Assembly (NCBI GenBank): GCA_963668625.2
Contig: CAXXKA010000006.1
Coordinates: forward strand, 32,001 to 96,000
Direction of reading: 5' to 3'
Source of the DNA: an uncultured candidate division Zixibacteria bacterium
GTDB taxonomy: Bacteria > Zixibacteria > MSB-5A5 > UBA10806 > 4484-95
DNA length: 64,000 nt
The position numbers and the translations under genes are program-made. A model generated the notes under the pieces. The model had not been told where the DNA came from. It ran no database searches and saw only the letters and a program-made list of their open reading frames with translations. Positions within the stretch are counted from its first letter, which is position 1. Every line of letters begins with the position of its first letter. Shown here one piece after another: positions 1-8,767 of the stretch.

Positions 1-453
1 CTCGCCTGCATGAGCGGCTATTATGTGAAGTACTTTATCGGGCACGCCGCACTCCATCGCCAGGCCGACCCCGGAGAACGGATGACGTACGAATTTTCCA
101 TATGTGCTAACCACGGCTTTGCCATCCTGCTTGTCGTATTCCAGAAGTTTGCCGACATCAGCCAAGATAGCGCCGGAGATAACTACATCCATATCGATCG
201 GCAGATTATCGCCGAAAAAACCGGCCATATCTTCAGCGGAATGACGGGAGATATGGACGACAGCGCGTTTATGCTCCATGAACGTAACCGGGCAGTCTTT
301 CACCAGAAGCGTAAACGGTATTTCATTGAGATCGGCGGCGTTGAGTTTGGATCGTTCCAGGGCGATCTCCCAGGTCTTGGCGGTTTGTTCACGAAGAATT
401 TTATCTGATATCCATTCCAGTTCGGGCCAGAGTTTATAAACATCATCTGCCAT
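1..453 (-). CDS. HD-domain (HDIG-like) phosphohydrolase family protein, 3' end outside window
   Basis: Not in the ORF track. Hand translation gives MADDVYKLWPELEWISDKILREQTAKTW...FMEHKRAV...AILADVGKLLEY...VRHPFSGVGLA...HIIAAHAGE. RBS AAAGGAG lies upstream of the ATG at 453. Confidence 0.8.
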   Translation of the reverse strand, partial: MADDVYKLWPELEWISDKILREQTAKTWEIALERSKLNAADLNEIPFTLLVKDCPVTFMEHKRAVVHISRHSAEDMAGFFGDNLPIDMDVVISGAILADVGKLLEYDKQDGKAVVSTYGKFVRHPFSGVGLAMECGVPDKVLHIIAAHAGE

Positions 454-634
454 TAATGTCGCTCCTTTATCAGGTTGCCGGGGGATGATTGCGCTAAAGA
501 GGTACGGCATGCCGAGCCCCTGCGGCTATATCCAAACGGCATTAAATTAAAATCTACACTTATGGATGGTAAGGTAATGATTTTGTGATTTGGTGTCAAT
601 GTGAAAGGGCAGGGGGATGGCTACCCCACCAGTA

Positions 635-910
635 GGGCTTGTTGAAAAAGTCTTTTTTGGATGACGGTGGTGTCAGGAATCCATTCCTGACACCTGATTT
701 CATGCGGCATGTCGCCGGTCTATTCTGTTACCTATGTGACAGTACATTCACTCATGGCTGATGGCATCTAATGGAAAGGCACTGAGACTATATTTGGATG
801 AGCATTCTTATAGGATAATTTTATTGACACCTGATTTCATGCGGCATATCGCAGGGAAAGGATGAACAAAGGACTTCGTCCGCCCAGCGACTCACGGACC
901 TGGCTTCTTC
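635..910 (+). mobile_element. Disrupted copy of the 148-bp MITE family (two overlapping fragments, 635-718 and 825-910, around a ~106-bp unrelated segment)
   Basis: Starts with TIR GGGCTTGTTGAAAAAG and is near-identical to 17664-17811. TGACACCTGATTTCATGCGGCA occurs twice. The right TIR is truncated by the REPIN-like repeat. Confidence 0.8.
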
Positions 911-1049
911 TCTGGTTTTAAAACTCAGATTTTGAAATCCACTGTATTCAAAAAACTTCGTTTTGATTTTTTGTAGCCTGCAAAGCAAAATCGAAACAGA
1001 GTTTCTCAAACACGATCATTCCCAAATCGGAGTTTGGCAACGAGCTGAA
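908..1049. repeat. 142-bp REP/REPIN-like palindromic repeat, copy 1
   Basis: Direct repeat of 2467-2608 (about 9 mismatches by eye). Internal hairpins such as TTCCCAAATCGGAGTTTGGCAA; the two ends are approximate inverted repeats. Confidence 0.85.
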
Positions 1050-1147
1050 AAAACATTTATACTATAATGCAAAACTTTTTTCACTTCATATTACTAGAGG
1101 TCCATATTGCAAAAGCATTCAAGAACTGCTAAACCTAGTATTGTAAC

Positions 1148-1663
1148 TTAAAACTCCTTATAGTCCATTACTTTACCGTGATGAAGTAAACTGCATATTT
1201 TAAAATAGTCATCATTAGTAAGCGGTTTTCCATAAATATAGAATATTTTATTAGTTTGAGGATGAATAATATATGCTTTTTCAAAATCATTATCTGCCTG
1301 TATATGGTTCACAATAACCAAAGAATCTTGATCACTCCTCCATCTAGAAATATGCTTTTCGAAACCTTCCTCATCTTCCATTAATTTGTATAGATACTCT
1401 TTAATATTAGCGAATGGAATTCTAAGTTCACCCGTTAAAATATAATTATCATTTGCATAATACTCATTTAGAGTATCGCCACTAATAACGATTGATTTCA
1501 ATAAATATATATCCCCGACACTAGTATTACTGGCGACCACTGAGTATTTATTTCCTATTTTTGTAGCAACTAATAAGCGCAAATTTTTTGATGTTGAAGG
1601 AATAACATGCAAAATAAAAAGTGTTACCGATAAAATAATCAGGGAATAAATGAGCTTTTTCAT
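1148..1663 (-). CDS. Hypothetical membrane-anchored/exported protein (AT-rich)
   Basis: 171-aa ORF with an N-terminal hydrophobic helix; ATGA overlap with the upstream ORF. Confidence 0.65.
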   Translation of the reverse strand: MKKLIYSLIILSVTLFILHVIPSTSKNLRLLVATKIGNKYSVVASNTSVGDIYLLKSIVISGDTLNEYYANDNYILTGELRIPFANIKEYLYKLMEDEEGFEKHISRWRSDQDSLVIVNHIQADNDFEKAYIIHPQTNKIFYIYGKPLTNDDYFKICSLLHHGKVMDYKEF

Positions 1664-2328
1664 TTAGAATCCGCTCCCCATTGTACTTTTTTTATTGAAT
1701 AGGATAGATCCTGATTGTTTCCAAGCAAATCGTTAACCAAGTATAATATATCTTTTAAATCAGCATTATTACTTAGTATAAGTACTTCTATATTTCGTTT
1801 TGGCAATGAAACATTCCATATTAAGGTAAATCCATCGTCAATATCAAATTCACAGATGTTACTATAAATAATTATTTCTTCATCAAACATATCAATTGTT
1901 ATTAATACATTGTAAATATCATCATGTGTACCACCTTCAAACTGAGCATTAAATAATTTAGTATTATCAATCGATAATGTATCTGAAAAATAATGTGCTA
2001 TTGATAAATGCATACTTCCTTTCCGCATATCGTAGTTTTCAGACTCACTATTAATATCATATTTCAATATTTGAACCGGTTGTTTTAGAAATATTTTTTC
2101 AGTTCCGAGAGCAATTGTTTTATCCGGCATAAAATACGAAATAACTTTTAAATAATTATAATAAATATTATCTGTAGAAATATCTATATAAACTAATACA
2201 AATAAACTCAAAGAAATAACAAATGTGAGAAACGCTATGAAAACTAGTAACCATTTTTTTAACATCCCCCTGTTTGTTTGAATAGTTTTCATAGAACCTA
2301 TATTAAACTCAATATCATTATTATTCAA
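1660..2328 (-). CDS. Hypothetical single-pass membrane protein (AT-rich)
   Basis: 222-aa ORF with one TM segment (WLLVFIAFLTFVISLSLFVLVYI). Start uncertain, possibly an internal Met. Confidence 0.6.
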   Translation of the reverse strand: MNNNDIEFNIGSMKTIQTNRGMLKKWLLVFIAFLTFVISLSLFVLVYIDISTDNIYYNYLKVISYFMPDKTIALGTEKIFLKQPVQILKYDINSESENYDMRKGSMHLSIAHYFSDTLSIDNTKLFNAQFEGGTHDDIYNVLITIDMFDEEIIIYSNICEFDIDDGFTLIWNVSLPKRNIEVLILSNNADLKDILYLVNDLLGNNQDLSYSIKKVQWGADSK

Positions 2329-2466
2329 GTTTTAAAACGAAATATTCCTAATTCATTCTTATTTTCTTGGTATCAGTTTAAATCCAGGAACCACCTTTTA
2401 AGTGCCAAAAGGGATTAACTTGAATTAAATATATCCATAGTAGATCTTTTAATTCCAACTACTTGT

Positions 2467-2608
2467 TTCTCTGGTTTTAAAACTCAGATTTTGAAACCCA
2501 CTGTATTCAAAAAACTTTGTTTTGATTTTTTATAGCCTGCAAAGTAAAATCGAAATAGAGTTTCTCAAACACGATCATTTTCAAATCGGAGTTTGGGAAC
2601 GAGTTGAA
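2467..2608. repeat. 142-bp REP/REPIN-like palindromic repeat, copy 2
   Basis: Direct repeat of 908-1049. Confidence 0.85.
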
Positions 2609-2698
2609 TAATGAGATGTTTAGTCAATTTTAATTTACACTAATTAATGTTGTATTATTGAGTAGACTTATATGGTTGTAATTTTCTTGATCTGTATA

Positions 2699-3334
2699 TC
2701 ACCTGTTAAACATAACCTCGGTTAAGCCGGTCGAGGCCCAGAAATCCAGCTCTATTGCCTGTTTCTCATCCAGCTTGAGTACGAGAAATTTTGGCCGTTT
2801 GATCTCGTGATCCGCCAGGTAAACATCGAAGAAAGCATGAACGTGAATGCTCTGGCCGGGAAGTTTCTCCGGGCAGGCGCTTTGCTCGGCGAAATATTGT
2901 ACCGTGGTTTTGATCTCGGTTGGTTTGGTGACTCCGTGGCAGGTAAAATCGCCTTTGAGTGTAATCTCATGGGGTTGGCCGTCACTGATATCCGGAGTAT
3001 CGCTTACTACCTCGTTTAGAACGAACTCGGCCTCGGGATAGGTGTCGGTTTCCAGGTGGTTATCACGCATGTGGTTATCGCGAAGATCGATGCCGGTCTT
3101 GAGGCCGGCTAAATCTACAACGAACCTGGCCTCGGCGGAGATTATGTTATCGGGGGAGACATTAAGATAGCCTTTGATCATAGAGGTTGTTCCCTCGACG
3201 GTTTCCATCGGGGCTTTCGAGGTGAATTTCACCATATCCCGGCCATCCTTGCCATTGACGAAAAATGAATTCGTTTGAGCAAAAAGGAGCAGCGGTGATA
3301 TTAAAACCATAATCAAGGTCAGCGATTTTCTCAT
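2699..3334 (-). CDS. YceI-like (polyisoprenoid-binding) periplasmic protein
   Basis: Signal peptide; motifs TGIDLRDNHMR, LETDTYPEAEF and GDFTCHGVTKP are typical of the YceI family. Confidence 0.85.
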   Translation of the reverse strand: MRKSLTLIMVLISPLLLFAQTNSFFVNGKDGRDMVKFTSKAPMETVEGTTSMIKGYLNVSPDNIISAEARFVVDLAGLKTGIDLRDNHMRDNHLETDTYPEAEFVLNEVVSDTPDISDGQPHEITLKGDFTCHGVTKPTEIKTTVQYFAEQSACPEKLPGQSIHVHAFFDVYLADHEIKRPKFLVLKLDEKQAIELDFWASTGLTEVMFNR

Positions 3335-3478
3335 GATACACTCCGGATTTAATGCGGTTTGGTACTTTTATTTACATTGAAAAACTTTTCTTAGTAAGAT
3401 GTAGTTCCTTTAGTTACGAGCAAAATGCTATATACGGATAAGAAAGTAGTATTTAATTTTGATAAGGAAAAATATGGT

Positions 3479-4561
3479 ATGAAATCCAATCATGTCCTGG
3501 CAATCGGGGTTGCCATTGCCCTGACAGTCTCATCGCTTTCTTTCAGCTTACCGAAATTCACCGCCTCCTCGGAGCAGAAATGTAACCTTTGCCATGTAAG
3601 CCCCTCGGGCGGCGGTATGAGAAACGATTTCGGGGCGCAGTTTTTCGCTATGACAGAGCTGCCGGTTCATAAAACCGAGTTCGAGCAGATCGAGAAGTTC
3701 CAAACCCGAATATCCGATATTATCTCACTTGGCGCGGATATGCGCACATTATTCAACTATGATGAGGCAACCGATCAAGCCTCGTTCTTTCAGATGGAAG
3801 GGAACCTTCATGTATCGGCTCAACTTGATGACAAGTTCTCGCTGACAATGAGCAAAGGTATCTATGATGGTTTCGAGATTTACGGCATGGGGTACGTTTT
3901 ACCGATGCAGGGTAATTTCCGGGTAGGCAAGTTTCAACCATCCTATGGCTGGCGTTTTGCCGATCATACCTCATTCGTACGGGAGAAAATGCTGTGGTCG
4001 CCCGGCGCTACCGATACCGGTTTCGAACTGGGATTATTCCCGCACAAATTTTCGATTAACGTAGGTTTGTATAACGGAACCAGTGGTACTTTCGATAACG
4101 AGAACAGCAAAGCGCTGTCATCACGAGTTTCATTCCGTCATAAGATAGCCGGTATCGGTTTCGGAATCGGTGGATCTTATTGGATAAATAATCATGATAG
4201 CGGCGATGTTACGATGTTCGGTCCTTTCGGGTATATCAATCTGCTTCAAGGCAAGCTTATCTACATGGGAGAAATCGATTGGTTGAAGGATGAGAACGTT
4301 ATCGGCAAGCCTACCCGGGAGGCTACCACCAACAAATTAAGTTTCAAACTCAGGCAGGGGATATGGTTGAATGCCGGTTACGATTTTTACGATCCGGATA
4401 TTGACCTGGTTACCGGGCGAGTTAATCGTTATGGTATCGGAATCGAGTATTTCCCCTATGGTTTCTTGGAAATACAGCCGAATCTCTGGTATTATGAGGA
4501 TGATTTCGCCAGTGATGATAAATATATATTATTCAACACGCAGATGCATTTCTTCTTTTAA
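3479..4561 (+). CDS. Outer-membrane beta-barrel (porin-like) protein with N-terminal c-type heme motif
   Basis: Signal peptide, CNLCH (CxxCH), porin-like RVGKF motif, alternating beta strands and C-terminal Phe (QMHFFF). Confidence 0.75.
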   Translation: MKSNHVLAIGVAIALTVSSLSFSLPKFTASSEQKCNLCHVSPSGGGMRNDFGAQFFAMTELPVHKTEFEQIEKFQTRISDIISLGADMRTLFNYDEATDQASFFQMEGNLHVSAQLDDKFSLTMSKGIYDGFEIYGMGYVLPMQGNFRVGKFQPSYGWRFADHTSFVREKMLWSPGATDTGFELGLFPHKFSINVGLYNGTSGTFDNENSKALSSRVSFRHKIAGIGFGIGGSYWINNHDSGDVTMFGPFGYINLLQGKLIYMGEIDWLKDENVIGKPTREATTNKLSFKLRQGIWLNAGYDFYDPDIDLVTGRVNRYGIGIEYFPYGFLEIQPNLWYYEDDFASDDKYILFNTQMHFFF

Positions 4562-4584
4562 AGGAGATGGTACGATAAAAGCAT

Positions 4585-4800
4585 CTTGCTAATCTATTCT
4601 GTTGGTGTTAGAGCTTCGGTAATGAATTTCTAACTGGAGCGGATAGGTTATAGGCTGAACTGAATGCTTGAGGCCAGACCTCGTAAAGGAGATTAATCAG
4701 ACCTGTAACCGAATTGCCACCATAAGGCAAAGACCTTGAATAGGAGTTTGGTAGGCGCCGACAGAGAGTCTGCTCCAGTGATAACCATAGAATGGAGCAA
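4585..4800 (+). ncRNA. Putative IS110 bridge RNA (boundaries approximate)
   Basis: Non-coding left end downstream of a -10 box TACGAT (4571-4576). Contains TAAAGGAG (4684-4691, equal to target left flank plus core) and ATAGGAG (4740-4746, equal to donor right end plus core). Confidence 0.6.
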
Positions 4801-4804
4801 GAAG

Positions 4805-5818
4805 ATGAGGTACTTAGGAGTAGACCTTCACACAAACAGTTTGACCGTGTGTTGCCTGACAGCCGGTGGTCGGGAGAGGATCAAGGAGTATCGGCTAAAG
4901 GATCTAAAGGAATTTAAACGAGGATTAAAAAAGACGGATTGTGTAGCGGTTGAGGCCACTGGCAACACTCGTTATTTCGTTGATGAGATATCGCATTTGG
5001 TCAAGCGAGTTGTTGTCGTCGATCCGAACAAATTTGAGATAATCAAATCATCAGTCAGTAAGACGGATGAAAACGATGCCAGGAACTTAGCCTATTTTAT
5101 GAGCAAAGACATGTTGCCGAAAGCCCGATTAAAGACGAAAGATAAAGCGCAGATCAGTTCACTTGTTGGGACACGGGACAAGCTGGTCAAGTTACGTACA
5201 GCTTTGAAGAATAAAATACACAACATACTCAATCATCATGGTATCAAGAGTAAAAAGGAGGCCTACTCCAGCAACAAGAGTTTGGAGCGGGTTCTAAAGA
5301 TGAATTTTGATGAGGTTGTTTCTGTTGAGCTTGAGGTATTGGTTGATCAGATTCGCAGTTTGAATGAGGGGATAAAAAAGCTGGACAAACAGATAGAGGA
5401 TCAGGGTCGCAAGTTGAACGGGCATAAGAACCTGACCAGCATCAAAGGAATCGGCAGCAAATCAGCTACAGTGTTGCTTTCGGTAATTGGTGATGTTGCT
5501 GATTTTTCGGACAAAGATAAATTGGCCTCATATTTTGGCGTAGTGCCGCGAGTTTCCAATTCAAACGAGATTCAGCATCATGGTCGGATTACCAAGCGTG
5601 GTTCTAAGATTGGTCGGACTACACTGGTGCAGTGTACGCTTGTTGCCATACGATATAACCATTACTTGAGTAAATATTACAATCGTATAAAAAACCGTCG
5701 TGGCAGCGGTAAGGCTATCATTGCCACAGCCAGAAAATTACTGGGAATAATCTATGACACCTTGAAAAATAATTGGGTGTTTGAAGATTTCCCTAACTTT
5801 GTGTTAGCAAACAGATAA
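4805..5818 (+). CDS. IS110-family transposase/recombinase
   Basis: YLGVDLH, VAVEATG, KTDENDA (DEDD RuvC-like), SIKGIG, LASYFGVVPRVSNS, GRITKRG, KAIIATARKLL. Confidence 0.95.
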   Translation: MRYLGVDLHTNSLTVCCLTAGGRERIKEYRLKDLKEFKRGLKKTDCVAVEATGNTRYFVDEISHLVKRVVVVDPNKFEIIKSSVSKTDENDARNLAYFMSKDMLPKARLKTKDKAQISSLVGTRDKLVKLRTALKNKIHNILNHHGIKSKKEAYSSNKSLERVLKMNFDEVVSVELEVLVDQIRSLNEGIKKLDKQIEDQGRKLNGHKNLTSIKGIGSKSATVLLSVIGDVADFSDKDKLASYFGVVPRVSNSNEIQHHGRITKRGSKIGRTTLVQCTLVAIRYNHYLSKYYNRIKNRRGSGKAIIATARKLLGIIYDTLKNNWVFEDFPNFVLANR

Positions 5819-5856
5819 CTGAAATTTGGAGTAGACTTTTATCATAGGAGTAAATA

Positions 5857-6510
5857 ATGAATACGAAATATCATTTCAATATCGGTGTAGTCGCGCTAGG
5901 CGCAATCATACTTATGATGGCCTGCTCCGATAAAGGCAGCGACCCGGAGAACAGGGCGCCCGAAATCACCTCGGCTTCATTAGTGGAAGCTTATATCGAC
6001 TCATCATTTTCGTATACCGCTACTGCCGGCGACCCGGACGGCACCACGCCAGTATTGCATTTCGAGAATATTCCGAGTTGGCTCGATACCTCCGCTAACG
6101 TGATCTCCGGGACAGTCGCCGGTAACGCTTCCGATACCTCGTTCACGGTGATAGCCTCGGATGACTTTCTGGCGGATACGCTGGGAGTCATAGTCGATAT
6201 CACCACACCGGCGGTGGTTATTTCCTATACCTCATCAGTGCAGCCGATATTTAATGCTCGTTGTGCTAACTCTGGTTGCCACTTGAATGGAGATAACAGC
6301 GGAGGACTGAGGCTGGACAGCTATACGCTTCTGATGCAGGGTGGTGGTTCCGGCAGCGTAATCACACCGGGAAATTCCAATAACAGTTTACTTGTCAGCC
6401 GTATCGAGGGGACGGTCGGCCAGAGAATGCCGCTCGGCCAGTCGGCGCTGTCTTCTCAGCAGATCGAAACTATTCGCACCTGGATAGAGCAGGGCGCTGA
6501 AAATAATTAG
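5857..6510 (+). CDS. Lipoprotein with Ig-like domain and planctomycete-type cytochrome c domain
   Basis: Lipobox MMAC; Ig/cadherin-like NRAPEITS...DPDG; VQPIFNARCANSGCH, GGLRLDSY, PGNSNNSLL, RMP, IRTWIEQGA (PSCyt1-like). Confidence 0.8.
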   Translation: MNTKYHFNIGVVALGAIILMMACSDKGSDPENRAPEITSASLVEAYIDSSFSYTATAGDPDGTTPVLHFENIPSWLDTSANVISGTVAGNASDTSFTVIASDDFLADTLGVIVDITTPAVVISYTSSVQPIFNARCANSGCHLNGDNSGGLRLDSYTLLMQGGGSGSVITPGNSNNSLLVSRIEGTVGQRMPLGQSALSSQQIETIRTWIEQGAENN

Positions 6511-6537
6511 ATAGCGATTCATATTATTGATTTGTAT

Positions 6538-6563
6538 GCCATCCCGAGCACGGGATGGCTTTT
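6538..6563 (+). terminator. Rho-independent terminator
   Basis: GCCATCCCG-agca-CGGGATGGC followed by TTTT. Confidence 0.7.
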
Positions 6564-6631
6564 GTGTTGATATCGTATGGGTTTTCTTATTATCATATGT
6601 GAAACATGAATCGATCTGATCCGGAGGAAAA

Positions 6632-8323
6632 ATGCGAAAAATAGCCAGTATTATTTTAATAGCGATTTTTATGATTACCGTTGCGGTGTATTCGGCCTCT
6701 CCCAGACCGCAGGTTAGCGAAAACGGTATGGTGGTAGCGGCAGAAAAAAACGCCGCTGAAGTTGGCGCGGGTATTCTCAGTGATGGCGGTAATGCCATCG
6801 ATGCCGCAATAGCAGTCGCAGCCGCCTTGAATGTAACTGAGGGCTACAGCTCGGGGATGGGTGGTGGATGTTTCATACTGGTGTACCGGGCGGAAGATGA
6901 AAAAGTGTATGTCATAGACGGTCGCGAGGAGGCCCCCGCGAAAGCACATCGCGATATGTATGTCAATAAAGACGGTACGATTAAAGAGGGGCAGTCGACT
7001 ACGGGAGTCACGGCCTCGGGCGTACCGGGCGAACCGGCGGCTCTTCGGATGATATACGAACGCTGGGGAAGTAAACCCTGGCGGGAGTTGTTCGAGCCCG
7101 CAATAGCGTTAGCCGATACCGGTTTTCCTCTGACTTTAACTTATGCCGAACGTTTAATGTATTTGAAAGACAAACTGGCGCTATTCGAGTCGACCCGAAA
7201 GGTGTTCTTCCCGGAAAACGATAGCTTACCCTTTGGCCTAAACGATAGATTGGTGCAGAAAGACCTGGCCAATTTTCTGACAATTCTGGCCGATAGCGGC
7301 GCGGGCTGGTTTTACGACAGCAAATTCACCGAGGATTTCGCGAATTTCGTTAAGCGCAATGATGGTTACATTCGCGAGGATGATTTCGCCAGGTATCAAC
7401 CCGTGATGCGTGAGCCCGTTCACGGAGAGTTCCGGGGATACGATATCTACTCGATGCCGCCGCCATCCTCCGGAGGCGTGCATGTTATCCAGATGCTCGA
7501 GATGCTGGAGCCTTTCAATCTCAGCTACTGGGGAGCCGGTTCCTCGGAGACCGTGCATATTTTAGCCGAGACGATGAAACGCGCTTTTGCCGACAGAGCC
7601 TATTACCTGGGAGATCCGGATTTCGTGGATGTACCGGTTGAGGGATTGCTCGATTCCGTTTATCTCGAAAACCATCGAAACACGATGACTCCTTATATGG
7701 CCTCGAATATATCCGGGCCGGGAACGGTACCGGGTTACGAAAGCGATCAGACAACGCATTTCTCCATTATCGATTCCGACGGCAATATGGTGGCGATGAC
7801 CGCTACGATAAACACCAGTTTCGGCTCGGGAGTCGTGCTTCCGGGTTGGGGGCTGCTATTAAACAACCAGATGGATGATTTCTCCTCCCAGCCGGGCGTG
7901 CCTAATTTCTACGGGCTGGTAGGTTCCGAGGCTAACTCGATTCAACCGGGCAAGCGGCCGTTGTCCTCCATGACTCCTACTATCGTATTGAAAGATGGTA
8001 AACCAGCAGGCGTATTCGGCTCGCCGGGCGGACCGCGAATCATCACAACCGTGCTGCAGGCGTTTCTCAACGTTGTCGAGTTCGATATGGATATACAACA
8101 GGCCGTGGATGCTCCCAGGGTGCATCATCAGTGGAAACCGGACGTCGTTTTCGTCGAGCCGGAGCTTGCCTCGGATGTGATAACCAACCTGATAGCTAAA
8201 GGTCATCAGGTATATCAATCGGGGCATTGGTCCTCGGCGCAATGTATCTGGGTGGATCAGGAAAGCGGCTTGATATTCGGCGGTACCGATAGTAGATCAC
8301 AGGGTGCGGCTGCTGGTTATTGA
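6632..8323 (+). CDS. ggt: Gamma-glutamyltransferase
   Basis: GGNAIDAA, SGMGGG, IDGREEAP, PPPSSGG, QTTHFS (Thr nucleophile), LNNQMDDF, PGKRPLSSMTP, GSPGG. Confidence 0.95.
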   Translation: MRKIASIILIAIFMITVAVYSASPRPQVSENGMVVAAEKNAAEVGAGILSDGGNAIDAAIAVAAALNVTEGYSSGMGGGCFILVYRAEDEKVYVIDGREEAPAKAHRDMYVNKDGTIKEGQSTTGVTASGVPGEPAALRMIYERWGSKPWRELFEPAIALADTGFPLTLTYAERLMYLKDKLALFESTRKVFFPENDSLPFGLNDRLVQKDLANFLTILADSGAGWFYDSKFTEDFANFVKRNDGYIREDDFARYQPVMREPVHGEFRGYDIYSMPPPSSGGVHVIQMLEMLEPFNLSYWGAGSSETVHILAETMKRAFADRAYYLGDPDFVDVPVEGLLDSVYLENHRNTMTPYMASNISGPGTVPGYESDQTTHFSIIDSDGNMVAMTATINTSFGSGVVLPGWGLLLNNQMDDFSSQPGVPNFYGLVGSEANSIQPGKRPLSSMTPTIVLKDGKPAGVFGSPGGPRIITTVLQAFLNVVEFDMDIQQAVDAPRVHHQWKPDVVFVEPELASDVITNLIAKGHQVYQSGHWSSAQCIWVDQESGLIFGGTDSRSQGAAAGY

Positions 8324-8359
8324 TATATGGAGTTGTAAGAAAATCGAAAATACTTTTAT

Positions 8360-8725
8360 CTAATTAACTAGCTGTTCGAATTTCTCTCTGAGCGGATTTA
8401 ATGCAACCAAACCGACTTGTATATCTCGCGGGCGATGGTTCTTGAAAAACACGCTAGCAGGTACGCTTCTGATTTGATACATACGAGCCGTTTCGGGGTT
8501 GTTGTTGGCGTTTAGTCTGAACACGTTCACTTTCCCGGCGTATTCCGGCCCCAACTCGTTCAGAAGTCCGGTCATTACCTGGCAATGCGGGCATGATGAG
8601 TTGAAGAAGCTGACTACCGCCGGGGTATCGGAGGCAAGTACCAATTGCTCGAAATCCTCATCCCCTATCTCGATCGGTTTGCCGGGTTTGGGCTCACGGC
8701 TGAAAAGGTTCGATAAAAATCCCAT
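8360..8725 (-). CDS. Thioredoxin-family protein
   Basis: CPHC active site, cis-Pro loop IRSVP, thioredoxin-sized. Confidence 0.85.
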   Translation of the reverse strand: MGFLSNLFSREPKPGKPIEIGDEDFEQLVLASDTPAVVSFFNSSCPHCQVMTGLLNELGPEYAGKVNVFRLNANNNPETARMYQIRSVPASVFFKNHRPRDIQVGLVALNPLREKFEQLVN

Positions 8726-8767
8726 ATAGATAATATACCAATGCCGGAGGATAATACAAGTTAGAAC

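Larger units (their letters stand above)
4567..5850 (+). mobile_element. Complete IS110-family insertion sequence (~1.28 kb)
   Basis: GGAG on both flanks (4563-4566 and 5847-5850). Sub-terminal IRs GATAAAAG and CTTTTATC lie 7 nt and 3 nt from the cores. About 240 nt of non-coding left end precede a DEDD transposase. Confidence 0.9.

Noticed and set aside
10-408. 132-aa plus-strand ORF in the track
   Set aside because: Shadow of the minus-strand HD-domain gene (1-453), which has an RBS and recognisable motifs.
821-1009. 62-aa ORF
   Set aside because: Lies wholly within MITE and REPIN repeat sequence; chance ORF.
908-2608. Repeats read as integron attC sites or CRISPR repeats
   Set aside because: No clear RYYYAAC/GTTRRRY boxes, no integrase or cas genes, and only two long copies 1.4 kb apart.
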